From positions 1,103 through 65,102 of the forward strand of contig JBIJDU010000006.1 of the NCBI GenBank assembly GCA_044343935.1: 64,000 nt of DNA. Direction: 5' to 3'. Below, one piece after another: positions 7,899 through 19,415 of the stretch (positions are counted from its first letter, which is position 1; each line of letters begins with the position of its first letter). The stretch is from Candidatus Nanopelagicales bacterium (GTDB lineage Bacteria > Actinomycetota > Actinomycetes > S36-B12 > UBA5976). The translations under genes were made by a program, and so were the position numbers. The notes beneath the pieces are model-generated. The model was not told where the DNA came from, made no database searches, and saw only the letters and a list, made by a program, of their open reading frames with translations.

Positions 7899-10800
7899 CT
7901 ATCGCCTAACTACCACCACAACACAGCGATTCTTGAACTCTGCGCAGAGCGGGCTGACTTTGCCACCCTTGTTCTTCACCTTGATTGGAATGCTCTTGTC
8001 AATGGTTCGTATCGCTTCAGTTGCGGCAACTGCCCTTCGAGCCGCAAACTTACGATCTGATTTGGGCTCAGTTGGCTTGGCATAAGCTTCCAGCACAATC
8101 TTCTTTACTGGCTTATCAAAGATTGAAGTTAGTGGGATGGTGTAGCTGTCGGCAACAGTGCGCTGCAATCGATTAAACCCAATTGTCACCTGATCTGGCG
8201 CATCAATAACTAAGATCTTAAGTGAAGTAGATCGCAAAGTGTTTTGCGGCGATACCCCAACCACCTGCAGCGTATGTTCGCCAAGCTCAATACCTTCAGG
8301 TAGATCATTTAACGTCTCAAACGTGCCGTCTTCTTTAACCTCTACTTCACCCACAAATGTTGGCTCGGAGAAGATAAAGATCTTGGCTAAGGAGAACGGC
8401 ATAAAGCCAGTGCCAGCAGACTTAATCTGTAGTTCCCGCGGCAATGTAAACAAGTTGTTTCTTACTACCGGTGGATTTAGTTGGCTTTGGGATTGCGCGG
8501 ATAAGTCCAACTCCCAAAGATCTGATTTAACATTTATGCCAGCATTATTGGTTTTGGTGGTGGTTACCACATTTACTTCTTTATTGCCCTCTAGTACTAC
8601 TGGGGTAAGGGATGGCTGAGGTGGCGTTGGCAAAATAACCGGCACAACTTGTGTTGGTTGCGGCTTCTCAAACGTGTAAGTAAGTGGCGTTGCAGCACCG
8701 TTATTTATCACTACTTCATATCTGCCTGGTCGCAGTGACCTAGTTTCTAACTCAAATTGAGTAGGTGACTGCCGCCAGTTAGTTGGATCAATAGATAGTC
8801 CATTTAAGGTGACATTAGTAATTGGCCGAGTGAAATTACCTTCAACTCTATTTGTTGGGGCAAATGGATTAGCTGGAATTGAAGGTGGCCGGACTACATC
8901 AGTTTGAGCTGGACGAGGCGGTATTGGTGCCCTTGGTATCACTTCATTACTAGCAATTGAAACAGCGGAGTTAACTCCGCTATAGATTGCAATTGAGGTA
9001 AAGGTGTAGCTGACCCCATTGCTTAAGCCAGTAACCGTGCAAGAGCCTTCGGCTCCATTCACTGTACAGGTAAATCCACCTGGACTCGAGGTCACTAAAT
9101 ATGAAGTTGGTGTTTCAGATGCTGGCGGTGTGACGGTAACTGTTGCTCTGCCATTACCAGGTGTGGCAACTGGTGCTCCCGGAACTTCCGGTGCGCCCGT
9201 GGTAAAGCTTCTAACAGTTCCATAAATCGGACCGCCGATTGTATTTGTGGAATAAGACTGGAAGTAGTACGTGGTATTGAAATTCAGCGACGAGACGTTA
9301 GCTGATACTGAAGTTGCGGCATAGCCTGAAGTGGTGGCGTTTGTACTTGGTGTAATGATGCTAACCGCTGCGTTATCAGAAGTTGCGCAATTGCTTAAAG
9401 TGCTGGAGACACTGATACAGAATCGGTTGGTGGTATTTATTCCATTAGCTACGACCGAAGAATTGAGCACGGCCGTTGAGCCAGATATGGAGCTTGCAGC
9501 AGCACTGGTATTTGTTGGTGCCCCTGAAACATTGATCGTAATTGCTTTGATATCTGATCGAGCAACGGCAACGCCTGCGGAACCCGTTCCATACTCAATA
9601 ATATAACCATTTACGCTTGAAGTATTAGTACCGCTTAGATCATTCCAACAAGAGCTAGTTGCATTCTGGACCAAGTTCCAATTCGTTACAGCGTAATCTT
9701 CATCACTTGCGTTATTTGGTTCTCCGCTGCACCAGTTTGCATAATTCAAGCCTTCGCTAGTTACGACCGAACCATTAGCAACACCTTGCCAGAATTGTTT
9801 GCCTGCTTCAGGTGATCCACCCGTTGGATCCCATTCCCATCGACCTTCAGTTGCAGCATCTGAGGCACCAATCCATACGTTTGCCGCATTTGCAATGTTC
9901 TTAAAAACGAAATCTTGCTCTGCAGCCGAAGTTATCGTTACTAGGTAGCCTGACAGTCCCAAATATGTGCTGGCTTTTGCGGCGGCATTGGCATCTGCCC
10001 AGGAAATCCGAGCATGGGCGCCGCCAGTGCGAGCAACATAGTAATTACCTCTAAATGAAGCAAAGCCAGATATAAATTTAGTTGCGGATACTCGTAATTC
10101 CAGTGCACCGACCGTTGCACCAGTAGTGATCTTTAGGGTAGCTAAGGCAGCATTTATTTCTGTTGCGGTGCCAATAATTGTCAAGTTTGTGAAGCTTGAT
10201 TCTGAGCCGGCCGCAAAGCCAAATGCTCGCTCAGCTGTACCTAAATTAGCTATTTTTGCCGTGGTTCCAGCCCCAGCATTGATCAAGGATAGGGTAACTG
10301 AATAGTCAACGTTCGGCTGTAAGCCAGATACCGAAATTCCACTGGCATTAAAGTCAGTTACATTTGCATTAATACTAAACGATGGTGGAGCAGTAACTAA
10401 TGCTGCTTCATACAGAATGTTTACTGTGAAAGTATTAGTGCTCGATAGCGCACCTGCATCAGTTGCTGTAATTGTGAAGACGTCCGTAACGGATTGGGTA
10501 ATCGCATTAATGGCTGTATCGTTTGGATCATAAACATAGGCGCCAGTTGTCTCATTAATACTAAAGGTGCCATAAATTCCTGCCTTTGAAACAGAACCAC
10601 CAGCTGAAACACCGTCTGTTAAAGCAAATGTGAATGAATTGTTGTCTGGGTCAGTCGGGGTGATGTTTCCAGTTTGATTGGTATAGGTATCCGCATCGGC
10701 AGTGTCATAAAGGGTGATACTGCTGGCAGCTAGGACTGGCGCATCATTGACCGTAGTAATGTTGATGTTAAACGTAGTTGAAGCACTGTTTCCAGTAGCA

Positions 10801-11978
10801 GGAACTGCAGTAAAAGTTACTGTTCTAGTTGCTGCTGGATTATCAGATGTTGATGCATAAGTTAATAGTCGAGCTACCTTCTGAACATTTGCTGCTGTTG
10901 CAAGAGTTCCAACTACGCGAATATTATCAATATAGAGTGAACCGCCAGCAACTTTACCACAAGTTCGATCATGGGTACCATTGACGAAAACAAATCGGTA
11001 ATTTCCAGTAACCGGAATGTTGGCACTAGTGGTAGTCCATGGCTGACTAATTCCATTAGAGTCAATAACTTCAGTTTGTGCACCGGTGGTTGTGTTTACG
11101 ATATAACCGTATGCGTCATAATCGTCACCACCATCTGCAGCAGACCAATCAAAAGAAATCACATCTCCTTGAGCTGCTGCAAATGGTTCACTAACAGCTG
11201 CTGGACCATGAACAACATCGCAGCCGACCTTAGTGCCCATTGTGCTAAATAGTCTTAACGACTTTTCCCCTTCGTTCTTAACCGAAGTCGTGATTTCGGC
11301 CGAAAAAGTTGCAGAATCAGGAATGTTGTTATCCCGGTTTGTGGTATTAGCTGGATATGTGTTGTTTGAGTCATCTGAAACAAATCCACCTAAACTAGTG
11401 ACACCTAAGTTAATAAAGTGATTCTGATTCCCCAAGCCCACAATTGTCCAACCAGCTAGTCTAGTCGAAATACTTGGAGGGCTGGTGTTTCCGTCATCAA
11501 CTGTTATTGCACCGACGGTTGCATTTTCAAAACCTGAGTTTCCAAATGCACTTGTGAAGTTGATCCGAAGTGGCTGTCCATTTGTACCATTCTTGGTTTC
11601 ATCAATAGAGGCAAATGGTTTGGCGGTTGTGTTGTCACCTACATAAATCTGATTACCAACAACTGAAACTACACCATCATCAATAACTGGAGTTTGAACT
11701 TTCTGCAGACTCAATACGTCAGATGCAGCTTGTGAGCCAATTGCAAACTCAATGTATTTTCCATCAAAGGGACCACCAGTTACGGTAAGCCCAGCACCAG
11801 CAAGCACTGCCGCAGCATTTTCAGTGTAGGAAACTGTTGCCCCATCACCAACACCGGCATTTGCAGCTGAAGCACTTAGTGATGGGAGAAATACCTGAAG
11901 CAGCACAAGAGCTGAGAAGATTGCGAAAAGCCGTTGGGTGAAACCAAACCTTTCATCAGTATGCCTCACCAGCAACAT
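7899..11978 (-). CDS. large secreted adhesin (1359 aa): cadherin/VCBS-like repeat, C-type lectin, FnIII, degenerate OmpA-like C-terminus
   Basis: YLVTITSAAEQDFV..WIGASD..EGRWEW..YANWCSGEPNN..WNDL is a C-type lectin signature; PGAPVATPGNGRATVT..YLVTSSPGG is FnIII-like; NDAPV..DPD cadherin-like. Confidence 0.8.
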   Translation of the reverse strand: MLLVRHTDERFGFTQRLFAIFSALVLLQVFLPSLSASAANAGVGDGATVSYTENAAAVLAGAGLTVTGGPFDGKYIEFAIGSQAASDVLSLQKVQTPVIDDGVVSVVGNQIYVGDNTTAKPFASIDETKNGTNGQPLRINFTSAFGNSGFENATVGAITVDDGNTSPPSISTRLAGWTIVGLGNQNHFINLGVTSLGGFVSDDSNNTYPANTTNRDNNIPDSATFSAEITTSVKNEGEKSLRLFSTMGTKVGCDVVHGPAAVSEPFAAAQGDVISFDWSAADGGDDYDAYGYIVNTTTGAQTEVIDSNGISQPWTTTSANIPVTGNYRFVFVNGTHDRTCGKVAGGSLYIDNIRVVGTLATAANVQKVARLLTYASTSDNPAATRTVTFTAVPATGNSASTTFNINITTVNDAPVLAASSITLYDTADADTYTNQTGNITPTDPDNNSFTFALTDGVSAGGSVSKAGIYGTFSINETTGAYVYDPNDTAINAITQSVTDVFTITATDAGALSSTNTFTVNILYEAALVTAPPSFSINANVTDFNASGISVSGLQPNVDYSVTLSLINAGAGTTAKIANLGTAERAFGFAAGSESSFTNLTIIGTATEINAALATLKITTGATVGALELRVSATKFISGFASFRGNYYVARTGGAHARISWADANAAAKASTYLGLSGYLVTITSAAEQDFVFKNIANAANVWIGASDAATEGRWEWDPTGGSPEAGKQFWQGVANGSVVTSEGLNYANWCSGEPNNASDEDYAVTNWNLVQNATSSCWNDLSGTNTSSVNGYIIEYGTGSAGVAVARSDIKAITINVSGAPTNTSAAASSISGSTAVLNSSVVANGINTTNRFCISVSSTLSNCATSDNAAVSIITPSTNATTSGYAATSVSANVSSLNFNTTYYFQSYSTNTIGGPIYGTVRSFTTGAPEVPGAPVATPGNGRATVTVTPPASETPTSYLVTSSPGGFTCTVNGAEGSCTVTGLSNGVSYTFTSIAIYSGVNSAVSIASNEVIPRAPIPPRPAQTDVVRPPSIPANPFAPTNRVEGNFTRPITNVTLNGLSIDPTNWRQSPTQFELETRSLRPGRYEVVINNGAATPLTYTFEKPQPTQVVPVILPTPPQPSLTPVVLEGNKEVNVVTTTKTNNAGINVKSDLWELDLSAQSQSQLNPPVVRNNLFTLPRELQIKSAGTGFMPFSLAKIFIFSEPTFVGEVEVKEDGTFETLNDLPEGIELGEHTLQVVGVSPQNTLRSTSLKILVIDAPDQVTIGFNRLQRTVADSYTIPLTSIFDKPVKKIVLEAYAKPTEPKSDRKFAARRAVAATEAIRTIDKSIPIKVKNKGGKVSPLCAEFKNRCVVVVVRR

Positions 11979-12120
11979 CTTTACTCCCGCTTTAGTGACC
12001 TATAGTCATGAATTAAGCATCCCACTAGATTGTGAACATAATTCAAACTATTGGTCTAAAGATACCGCAGGAAACTGTGACCTGCACAATGCACCAACCG
12101 TGGTGTTTTTGTTGAAGGGG

Positions 12121-13825
<1,705 letters not shown>

Positions 13826-13829
<4 letters not shown>

Positions 13830-14848
13830 TTGATTTTAGTTCCAGTTGACCTGAGATCTTCACAAGCAGTAACAACTCGCTTTGCCATTGATGCTTCCGC
13901 TAACTTGCCGTAACTTCTTGGGTCATAAACCTTCTTATTACCCACTTCGCCATCAATTTTGAGAATACCGTCATAGTTCTTAAACATATGATCCGCAATT
14001 GGTCTAGTAAATGCATACTGCGTATCCGTATCAATATTCATTTTAATTACGCCATAATCTAAAGATTCTCGGATCTCAGTTAATAGCGAGCCAGAGCCAC
14101 CATGGAATACCAAATCAAATGGCTGGTTCTTTCCACTCGCTTTGCCAACTGCGCTTTGAATCTCATCAAGGATCTTTGGCTCTAGTTTCACATTACCTGG
14201 CTTATAGACACCATGCACATTGCCAAACGTTGCTGCTAATAGATATCGCCCGTTTTCGCCAAGGCCTAACTCATTAGCCGTCATAATTGCATCTTCAGTA
14301 GTGGTATAGAGCTTTGCATCTTTGGATGCTTCAATACCATCTTCTTCACCGCCAACAACGCCAATTTCTAACTCCATAACAACGTTTGCTTTAACACAAA
14401 GATCTAGCAACCGCTTCGCAGTTGCTAAGTTTTCTTTCATCGGCAAAATCGAGCCATCCCACATCTGGGATTGAAATAGCGGATTCTTTCCCTGCTTTAG
14501 CCGTTCGATGGAGTTAATTAGTAGCGGCTCCATAAAACCAGAAAGTTTTTCTGGTGGGCAGTGATCAGTGTGCAGCGCGATGTTTACCGAGTACTTCTCT
14601 GCCACTACATGCGCAAATTCAGCAAGTGCTATTGCACCAACGATCATGTCTTTAAGTAGTTGACCTGAGGCAAACTCCGCACCACCCCAACTCACCTGCA
14701 CGATGCCATCTGATTCCGCTTCCGCAAAACCTCTAATAGCTGCAACTATGCTGTTAGAAGAGGTGCAGTTAATTGCGGGGTAGGCGAATTTGCCGGCCTT
14801 AGCTCGATCGAGCATTTCATGGTAGATCTCTGGGGTAGCAATAGGCAT
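13826..14848 (-). CDS. fbaA: class II fructose-bisphosphate aldolase
   Basis: YPAIN, ALHTDHC, ELEIGVVGGEEDG, FGNVHGVYKPG, VFHGGSG motifs. Confidence 0.97.
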
Positions 14849-15053
14849 TAGTGCTCCTTACTGGCTTATCCTCTCAAATCGAGCCCAACAACACCTTATT
14901 GGGCGCTGGTTTCGAGGGGAACTCCGTGACCAATCGGGGCGCATTCCAGGAAATAGCCAACCTTCAAAAAGCTGTCCCAACGAATTGGATTTCTATCAAG
15001 TAATTATCGGGGGTTGAGCCTAGGCTTAAGTCACTATTTAGTAAGGAGTTGCA

Positions 15054-15575
15054 ATGAAACGCAACATCATTATGGTGCTAATTTTGGCAATTGCTTGTTT
15101 AGTGCCAGCAACAACTGCGGTAGCAAAAACTGCCAAATCCGGCGGTCCCTGCGCTACAGCAGGCCAGAAGGTAACTGTTTATGACAAGGTATTACCAAAT
15201 CGAGGTAAAACATTTACCTGCGTTAAGACAAAATCCGGTTTGAAGTTCGGACCTGCCGTTGAAACCGCAAAAATCAAGTCCTTACTAACAATTTCTCAAG
15301 TTTGGAAAGGTAATTCAGTAACCCTTTCAATTCTTGATGGTCAAGGTAAGTCATGCGAGGTTAGCACCAACACGAGTCCCGAGTGCAAAGGATTTTATCT
15401 TGGCTGGCGAGCAAACTTCAAAGATGACGACAAAACAATTGTTTATGGGGATCTAGAAACTGTAATTTCTGGTTTAAGTATTGGTGATCGCGGTGCATTT
15501 AGATTGATGTATCAAGAAAACCAAAATGCTAATCCAGTAATTGTTAAGGAATTTCCGTTCTACTACGACTACTGA
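15054..15575 (+). CDS. secreted hypothetical protein with N-terminal basic Cys-pair module
   Basis: AAGGAG RBS; signal peptide ending TAVA; GGPCATAGQ...GKTFTCVKTKSG. Confidence 0.75.
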   Translation: MKRNIIMVLILAIACLVPATTAVAKTAKSGGPCATAGQKVTVYDKVLPNRGKTFTCVKTKSGLKFGPAVETAKIKSLLTISQVWKGNSVTLSILDGQGKSCEVSTNTSPECKGFYLGWRANFKDDDKTIVYGDLETVISGLSIGDRGAFRLMYQENQNANPVIVKEFPFYYDY

Positions 15576-15584
15576 TTGAACCTG

Positions 15585-15628
15585 ATTACCTCAATTAGTG
15601 GTAAGGCATTACCACTAATTGAGGTAAT
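15585..15628. terminator. perfect 20-bp inverted repeat between convergent genes (probable bidirectional terminator)
   Basis: attacctcaattagtggtaa-ggca-ttaccactaattgaggtaat. Confidence 0.7.
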
Positions 15629-15639
15629 GCAGTTAAGCA

Positions 15640-16278
15640 TTAAATTAAATGCTGCATCGCCCAGGCATACATGGCAATTGCTCCTGCCGCGGAAGCATTC
15701 ATTGACCTAGTTGAGCCATATTGGCTGATCTCTAATACCTGATCTGCCGCTGCTATTGCTTCATCAGATAACCCAGGGCCTTCTTGGCCAAATAGAAATA
15801 CGCACTCTTTAGGTAATACCGCGGTTTCTAATCTAGTTGAACTATCCGTGTTATCAATTGCGATTATTGGCATACTATTTTCGCTGCACCAATTAACAAA
15901 ACTTGCCACGTCTGGGTGATGCATCACATGGAGGTATTTATCGGTCACCATCGCGCCGCGGCGATTCCAATCTCGTTTCCCAACAATATGCACCTTAGCA
16001 ACATTAAATGCATTAGCAGTTCTAACAATTGAGCCAATGTTTAGATCATGCTGCCAATTCTCAATTGCGATCTGCAGTGGATTGCGTTTCGTGTCTAAAT
16101 CTTTAACTATTGCTGCAACTGACCAATAACGATAATGATCCAATACATTTCTTCGATCACCATTTTCTAACAGTTCTGGATCGTATTGCTCACCCTTTGG
16201 CCATGGTTTGGGATGTGGTCCAACCCCAACTACTGGATAAAACTCACCAGGTCCTAGATCCCCGCGATCATCGGTCAT
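15640..16278 (-). CDS. TrmH/SpoU family RNA methyltransferase
   Basis: HDLNIGSIVRTANAF, LFGQEGPGL, QYGSTRSMNASAA SPOUT motifs. Confidence 0.92.
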   Translation of the reverse strand: MTDDRGDLGPGEFYPVVGVGPHPKPWPKGEQYDPELLENGDRRNVLDHYRYWSVAAIVKDLDTKRNPLQIAIENWQHDLNIGSIVRTANAFNVAKVHIVGKRDWNRRGAMVTDKYLHVMHHPDVASFVNWCSENSMPIIAIDNTDSSTRLETAVLPKECVFLFGQEGPGLSDEAIAAADQVLEISQYGSTRSMNASAAGAIAMYAWAMQHLI

Positions 16279-16553
16279 TTACGCCGCTTAAAAAGTTTGA
16301 TCAGCTTTCGTTTCTTCGCTTCTCGTCTAACCTCTTTGAGGGACTCTTTGCTTGGTTCACTTGGTAAAACTGGTTGGTTCTTAAGGAAGTTTTCTAGCTC
16401 AGCAAAATCAAGTTTTGCTTCAATTGGTTTATCTTCTTTTTTAGGTAAGCCAACCGCAGAAGCGCGGAAACTAGAAAACTCAGTCCCGTTGCACCTAGTG
16501 CAAACTCTCACCCCTTGGGGTTCGCTCTTCCCACACGATAAACACAGCGGCAT
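16275..16553 (-). CDS. small hypothetical protein with N-terminal CxxC-x10-CxxC zinc ribbon
   Basis: MPLCLSCG...VCTRCNG; 4-bp overlap with the trmH-family start. Confidence 0.6.
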   Translation of the reverse strand: MPLCLSCGKSEPQGVRVCTRCNGTEFSSFRASAVGLPKKEDKPIEAKLDFAELENFLKNQPVLPSEPSKESLKEVRREAKKRKLIKLFKRRK

Positions 16554-16594
16554 AAGCCAATTCTAGTTAGCCTTTCTTAGATAAGGTTTAGCCC

Positions 16595-17128
16595 ATGAGC
16601 GCAAAAGCAGAACTAAAACAGCAGATCCTGGCTAAAGCCGTAGTTCACGGCAAAGTCATTCTCTCCTCGGGTAAAGAAGCTGACTATTACGTAGATTTAC
16701 GTCGCGTTACCCTCGATGGGGTAGCCGCACCATTAGTTGGTGAAGTAATGCGAGAGTTAACTAAAGATTTAGGTTATGAAGCAGTTGGTGGTCTCACCCT
16801 TGGTGCCGATCCAGTAGCAACCGCAATGCTGCATGATGCGGCAAAACACGGTGAAGTACTAGATGCGTTTGTCGTGCGCAAAGCAGATAAAGCCCATGGC
16901 CTACAGCGCCGAATTGAAGGTGCTGAAGTTGAGGGTAGGAGAGTTCTTGCAGTTGAAGACACTTCCACTACAGGAGATAGTGTTTTAACTGCAGTCGAGC
17001 AACTTGAAAAAGCAGGGGCGATCGTGGTTGGTATTGCAGTAATAGTTGATCGCGGTGCTGGCAAAGTGCTAAAAGAAAAAGGCTATGAATTTAGAGCAGC
17101 TTATTCATTAGCAGATTTAGGGTTATAG
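16595..17128 (+). CDS. pyrE: orotate phosphoribosyltransferase
   Basis: LSSGKEADYYVDLR, RKADKAHG, VEDTSTTG PRPP-binding motif. Confidence 0.96.
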   Translation: MSAKAELKQQILAKAVVHGKVILSSGKEADYYVDLRRVTLDGVAAPLVGEVMRELTKDLGYEAVGGLTLGADPVATAMLHDAAKHGEVLDAFVVRKADKAHGLQRRIEGAEVEGRRVLAVEDTSTTGDSVLTAVEQLEKAGAIVVGIAVIVDRGAGKVLKEKGYEFRAAYSLADLGL

Positions 17129-17148
17129 CCCAAACAAGTAAAGTTAAC

Positions 17149-17931
17149 TCAGTCTTTTTGTCGTCGAGCAAACTCATGGCTGAAATATCGAACTAACGGC
17201 CGAGGTAATGTTCGAGAAACCGTGCTCATGGCTTTGTATTGTGCGCCTGGCACTGAAATCAATTGACCGCGTCTGGCATCAGCTAGTGATTCTTTCGCCA
17301 CTTGCTCTGGGGTTAACCAAAGCCAACTTGGCACATCACTATCGTTCATTTGACTGCGATCAAAGAACTTAGTTTTAGTAAAGCCAGGCGCAACTGCAGT
17401 TACTTGAACTTTAGTTCCCTTTAATTCAGCTGCAATTGCTTCCGTAAGCGATGTGACATAACTCTTCGCGGCAGCATATGTACCAGTTGGCAGCCAGGCG
17501 GCAATTGAAGAAATATTTAGCACTATGCCGCTGTTTTGCTGCTTCATCTTGGGCAGCACGGCATGGCTTAAAACTAATACTGCTTTAACTAATACTTCTA
17601 GTTGCTCGATTTCTTCAGCAAGTGAGTTTTCAGTAAACGGCAGGGAGGAGCCAAAGCCAGCGTTATTTACTAACACCTCAACCCCATCTAACTCTTTTAG
17701 GTGATTAGCAGTTTTCATGATCTCATCATGAATTGAAAGGTCAGCTAAGAAATAATCAACTTTAGTTTTATTACTCAACTCTGATTTTAAATTTTGGAGT
17801 TTTTCTTCACTTCGACCAATTAGTAATAACTCATATCCTTCATCAGCTAATTGCTGGGCATATGCCAGGCCAATGCCAGAAGTGGGCCCGGTGATAACTG
17901 CTAGTTTCACCGGGCCACTTTGGCATAACAT
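17149..17931 (-). CDS. short-chain dehydrogenase/reductase
   Basis: TGPTSGIG, NNAG, YAAAK motifs; real start probably a few codons downstream. Confidence 0.9.
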   Translation of the reverse strand: MLCQSGPVKLAVITGPTSGIGLAYAQQLADEGYELLLIGRSEEKLQNLKSELSNKTKVDYFLADLSIHDEIMKTANHLKELDGVEVLVNNAGFGSSLPFTENSLAEEIEQLEVLVKAVLVLSHAVLPKMKQQNSGIVLNISSIAAWLPTGTYAAAKSYVTSLTEAIAAELKGTKVQVTAVAPGFTKTKFFDRSQMNDSDVPSWLWLTPEQVAKESLADARRGQLISVPGAQYKAMSTVSRTLPRPLVRYFSHEFARRQKD

Positions 17932-17933
17932 GC

Positions 17934-19334
17934 CTAGTTGCGCATCTGGAAGGTGGGGTTTGCGAACAGTTTTCCGTTCACTTTCAAGGAATCAATTAAT
18001 AACTCTGGGTTATCGCCTTTAAGTAGTAGTTTTAATTTACCTGGCTTTCGACTAAACCAAGTAATTGTTTGATCTCGAGTTAACGTCAACTGGCTCATTA
18101 TCCGCTGATTTAACAAGATAGTTAGGGTTGAGTTATTTGAAGCTAGTAGTTTTAAACTGCTTGAGCCAGCCGCAATAGGTCTGATTAATTTTGCTTCTCC
18201 TATCACCTGTATTACCTTGCCACCAGCTGCCCGGTTAATTCGGAGCTGTTTCATAGTTGGCGCTGATGTAAGGGGTGTATCTGAATTAACTATCTCAATA
18301 GCGCTGGGCTCTGGTTTAATTATTTCTGGTTCAACATTAATCTCTGGTTTCACTTCTGGTGTAATCACCACAATGGGTAGCTGTGGTGAGATCACTATTG
18401 GTTCCACCTTAGGCTGCGATTCCACAATTGGTTGAGTTATCGGTGTTGATTCACTTGGATTAGTTTCAACTACTTCTTCAACTGGCTCTGGTGATGTAGT
18501 CGAATCAATGACTGGTTCGACTTCTGATTCAGTTGGTTTCTCAACTATTTCATCAGCAGTTATCGTCGGATCAGTTGTTGATTCCGAATCTGCCGTTGCA
18601 GTTTCAGTTGTTGGTTCTGAGTCACTTGATTGAGGTTGTGATTGGGAAGGGTCAGTTAAATCGGTTGTTGGATCTAACTGAGTTTCTGGCTCTGACTCAC
18701 TTTCAGTTACAACCACTTCTTGCTTTTCATCTATTACTTCTGGCTCAACGGTTGATTCCGGTGCCACGTCCGGCTCCGCCTCAACAATTGGTTCTGGTTC
18801 AACAATAGGTTCCGGCTCAATCACCTCTTCTGGTACTGGTGGCGTTAATGTAAAATCTGCCAAAGCTAAATTAACTAGCGGAATTGTTGTTGCAATACCG
18901 CCAATAGTGACTACCCCAGTTCGTGGATACATCAGCGTAAAACCACTTAATACCGCACCGTTTCTGAAACTAACGCCAGTAATTAAGTAGTTGCCATCAG
19001 CTAAGGTCAAACTGGGTGATTCAATAGTGAAGTTGGTATCAGTTGAATTAGGCGTAATTGAAACTAGAAACTGACCCGAATTACACAAAAAGCCATCCCA
19101 ACTACTTTCTGGACAGATCCAAACTCGTGTAATATCTGAATAAGTTGAGCCATTGATGCGATTAATCACTAAGTTGAACTTAAGCCGATTATCGGTATAG
19201 AAACTTGAAGTGTCAGTAGAGATACTTACTAACTCAACTAACGGATCAGGCCAATCCTGTGCCTGACTTATGCTGGTTTGAGTTGTGAACCAGATGCCGC
19301 TTAACAGAAATACTGCAAGCGCTCTTATTTTCAT
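17934..19334 (-). CDS. secreted protein with long acidic Glu/Pro/Thr-rich linker and basic C-terminal domain
   Basis: signal peptide ending SQA; EPEPIVEPEPIVE-type low-complexity middle; RBS AAGGAG. Confidence 0.75.
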   Translation of the reverse strand: MKIRALAVFLLSGIWFTTQTSISQAQDWPDPLVELVSISTDTSSFYTDNRLKFNLVINRINGSTYSDITRVWICPESSWDGFLCNSGQFLVSITPNSTDTNFTIESPSLTLADGNYLITGVSFRNGAVLSGFTLMYPRTGVVTIGGIATTIPLVNLALADFTLTPPVPEEVIEPEPIVEPEPIVEAEPDVAPESTVEPEVIDEKQEVVVTESESEPETQLDPTTDLTDPSQSQPQSSDSEPTTETATADSESTTDPTITADEIVEKPTESEVEPVIDSTTSPEPVEEVVETNPSESTPITQPIVESQPKVEPIVISPQLPIVVITPEVKPEINVEPEIIKPEPSAIEIVNSDTPLTSAPTMKQLRINRAAGGKVIQVIGEAKLIRPIAAGSSSLKLLASNNSTLTILLNQRIMSQLTLTRDQTITWFSRKPGKLKLLLKGDNPELLIDSLKVNGKLFANPTFQMRN

Positions 19335-19381
19335 AGCTGCTCCTTTGCTAGGAGCGGAAGATTTCCGTGCTATTTCTATTA

Positions 19382-19415
19382 CCTCCCAGGTTGGGTAATC
19401 ACCTAACCTGGGAGG
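19382..19415. promoter_or_regulatory. 15-bp stem-loop in divergent intergenic region
   Basis: cctcccaggttgggt-aatc-acctaacctgggagg (one non-Watson-Crick pair). Confidence 0.55.
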
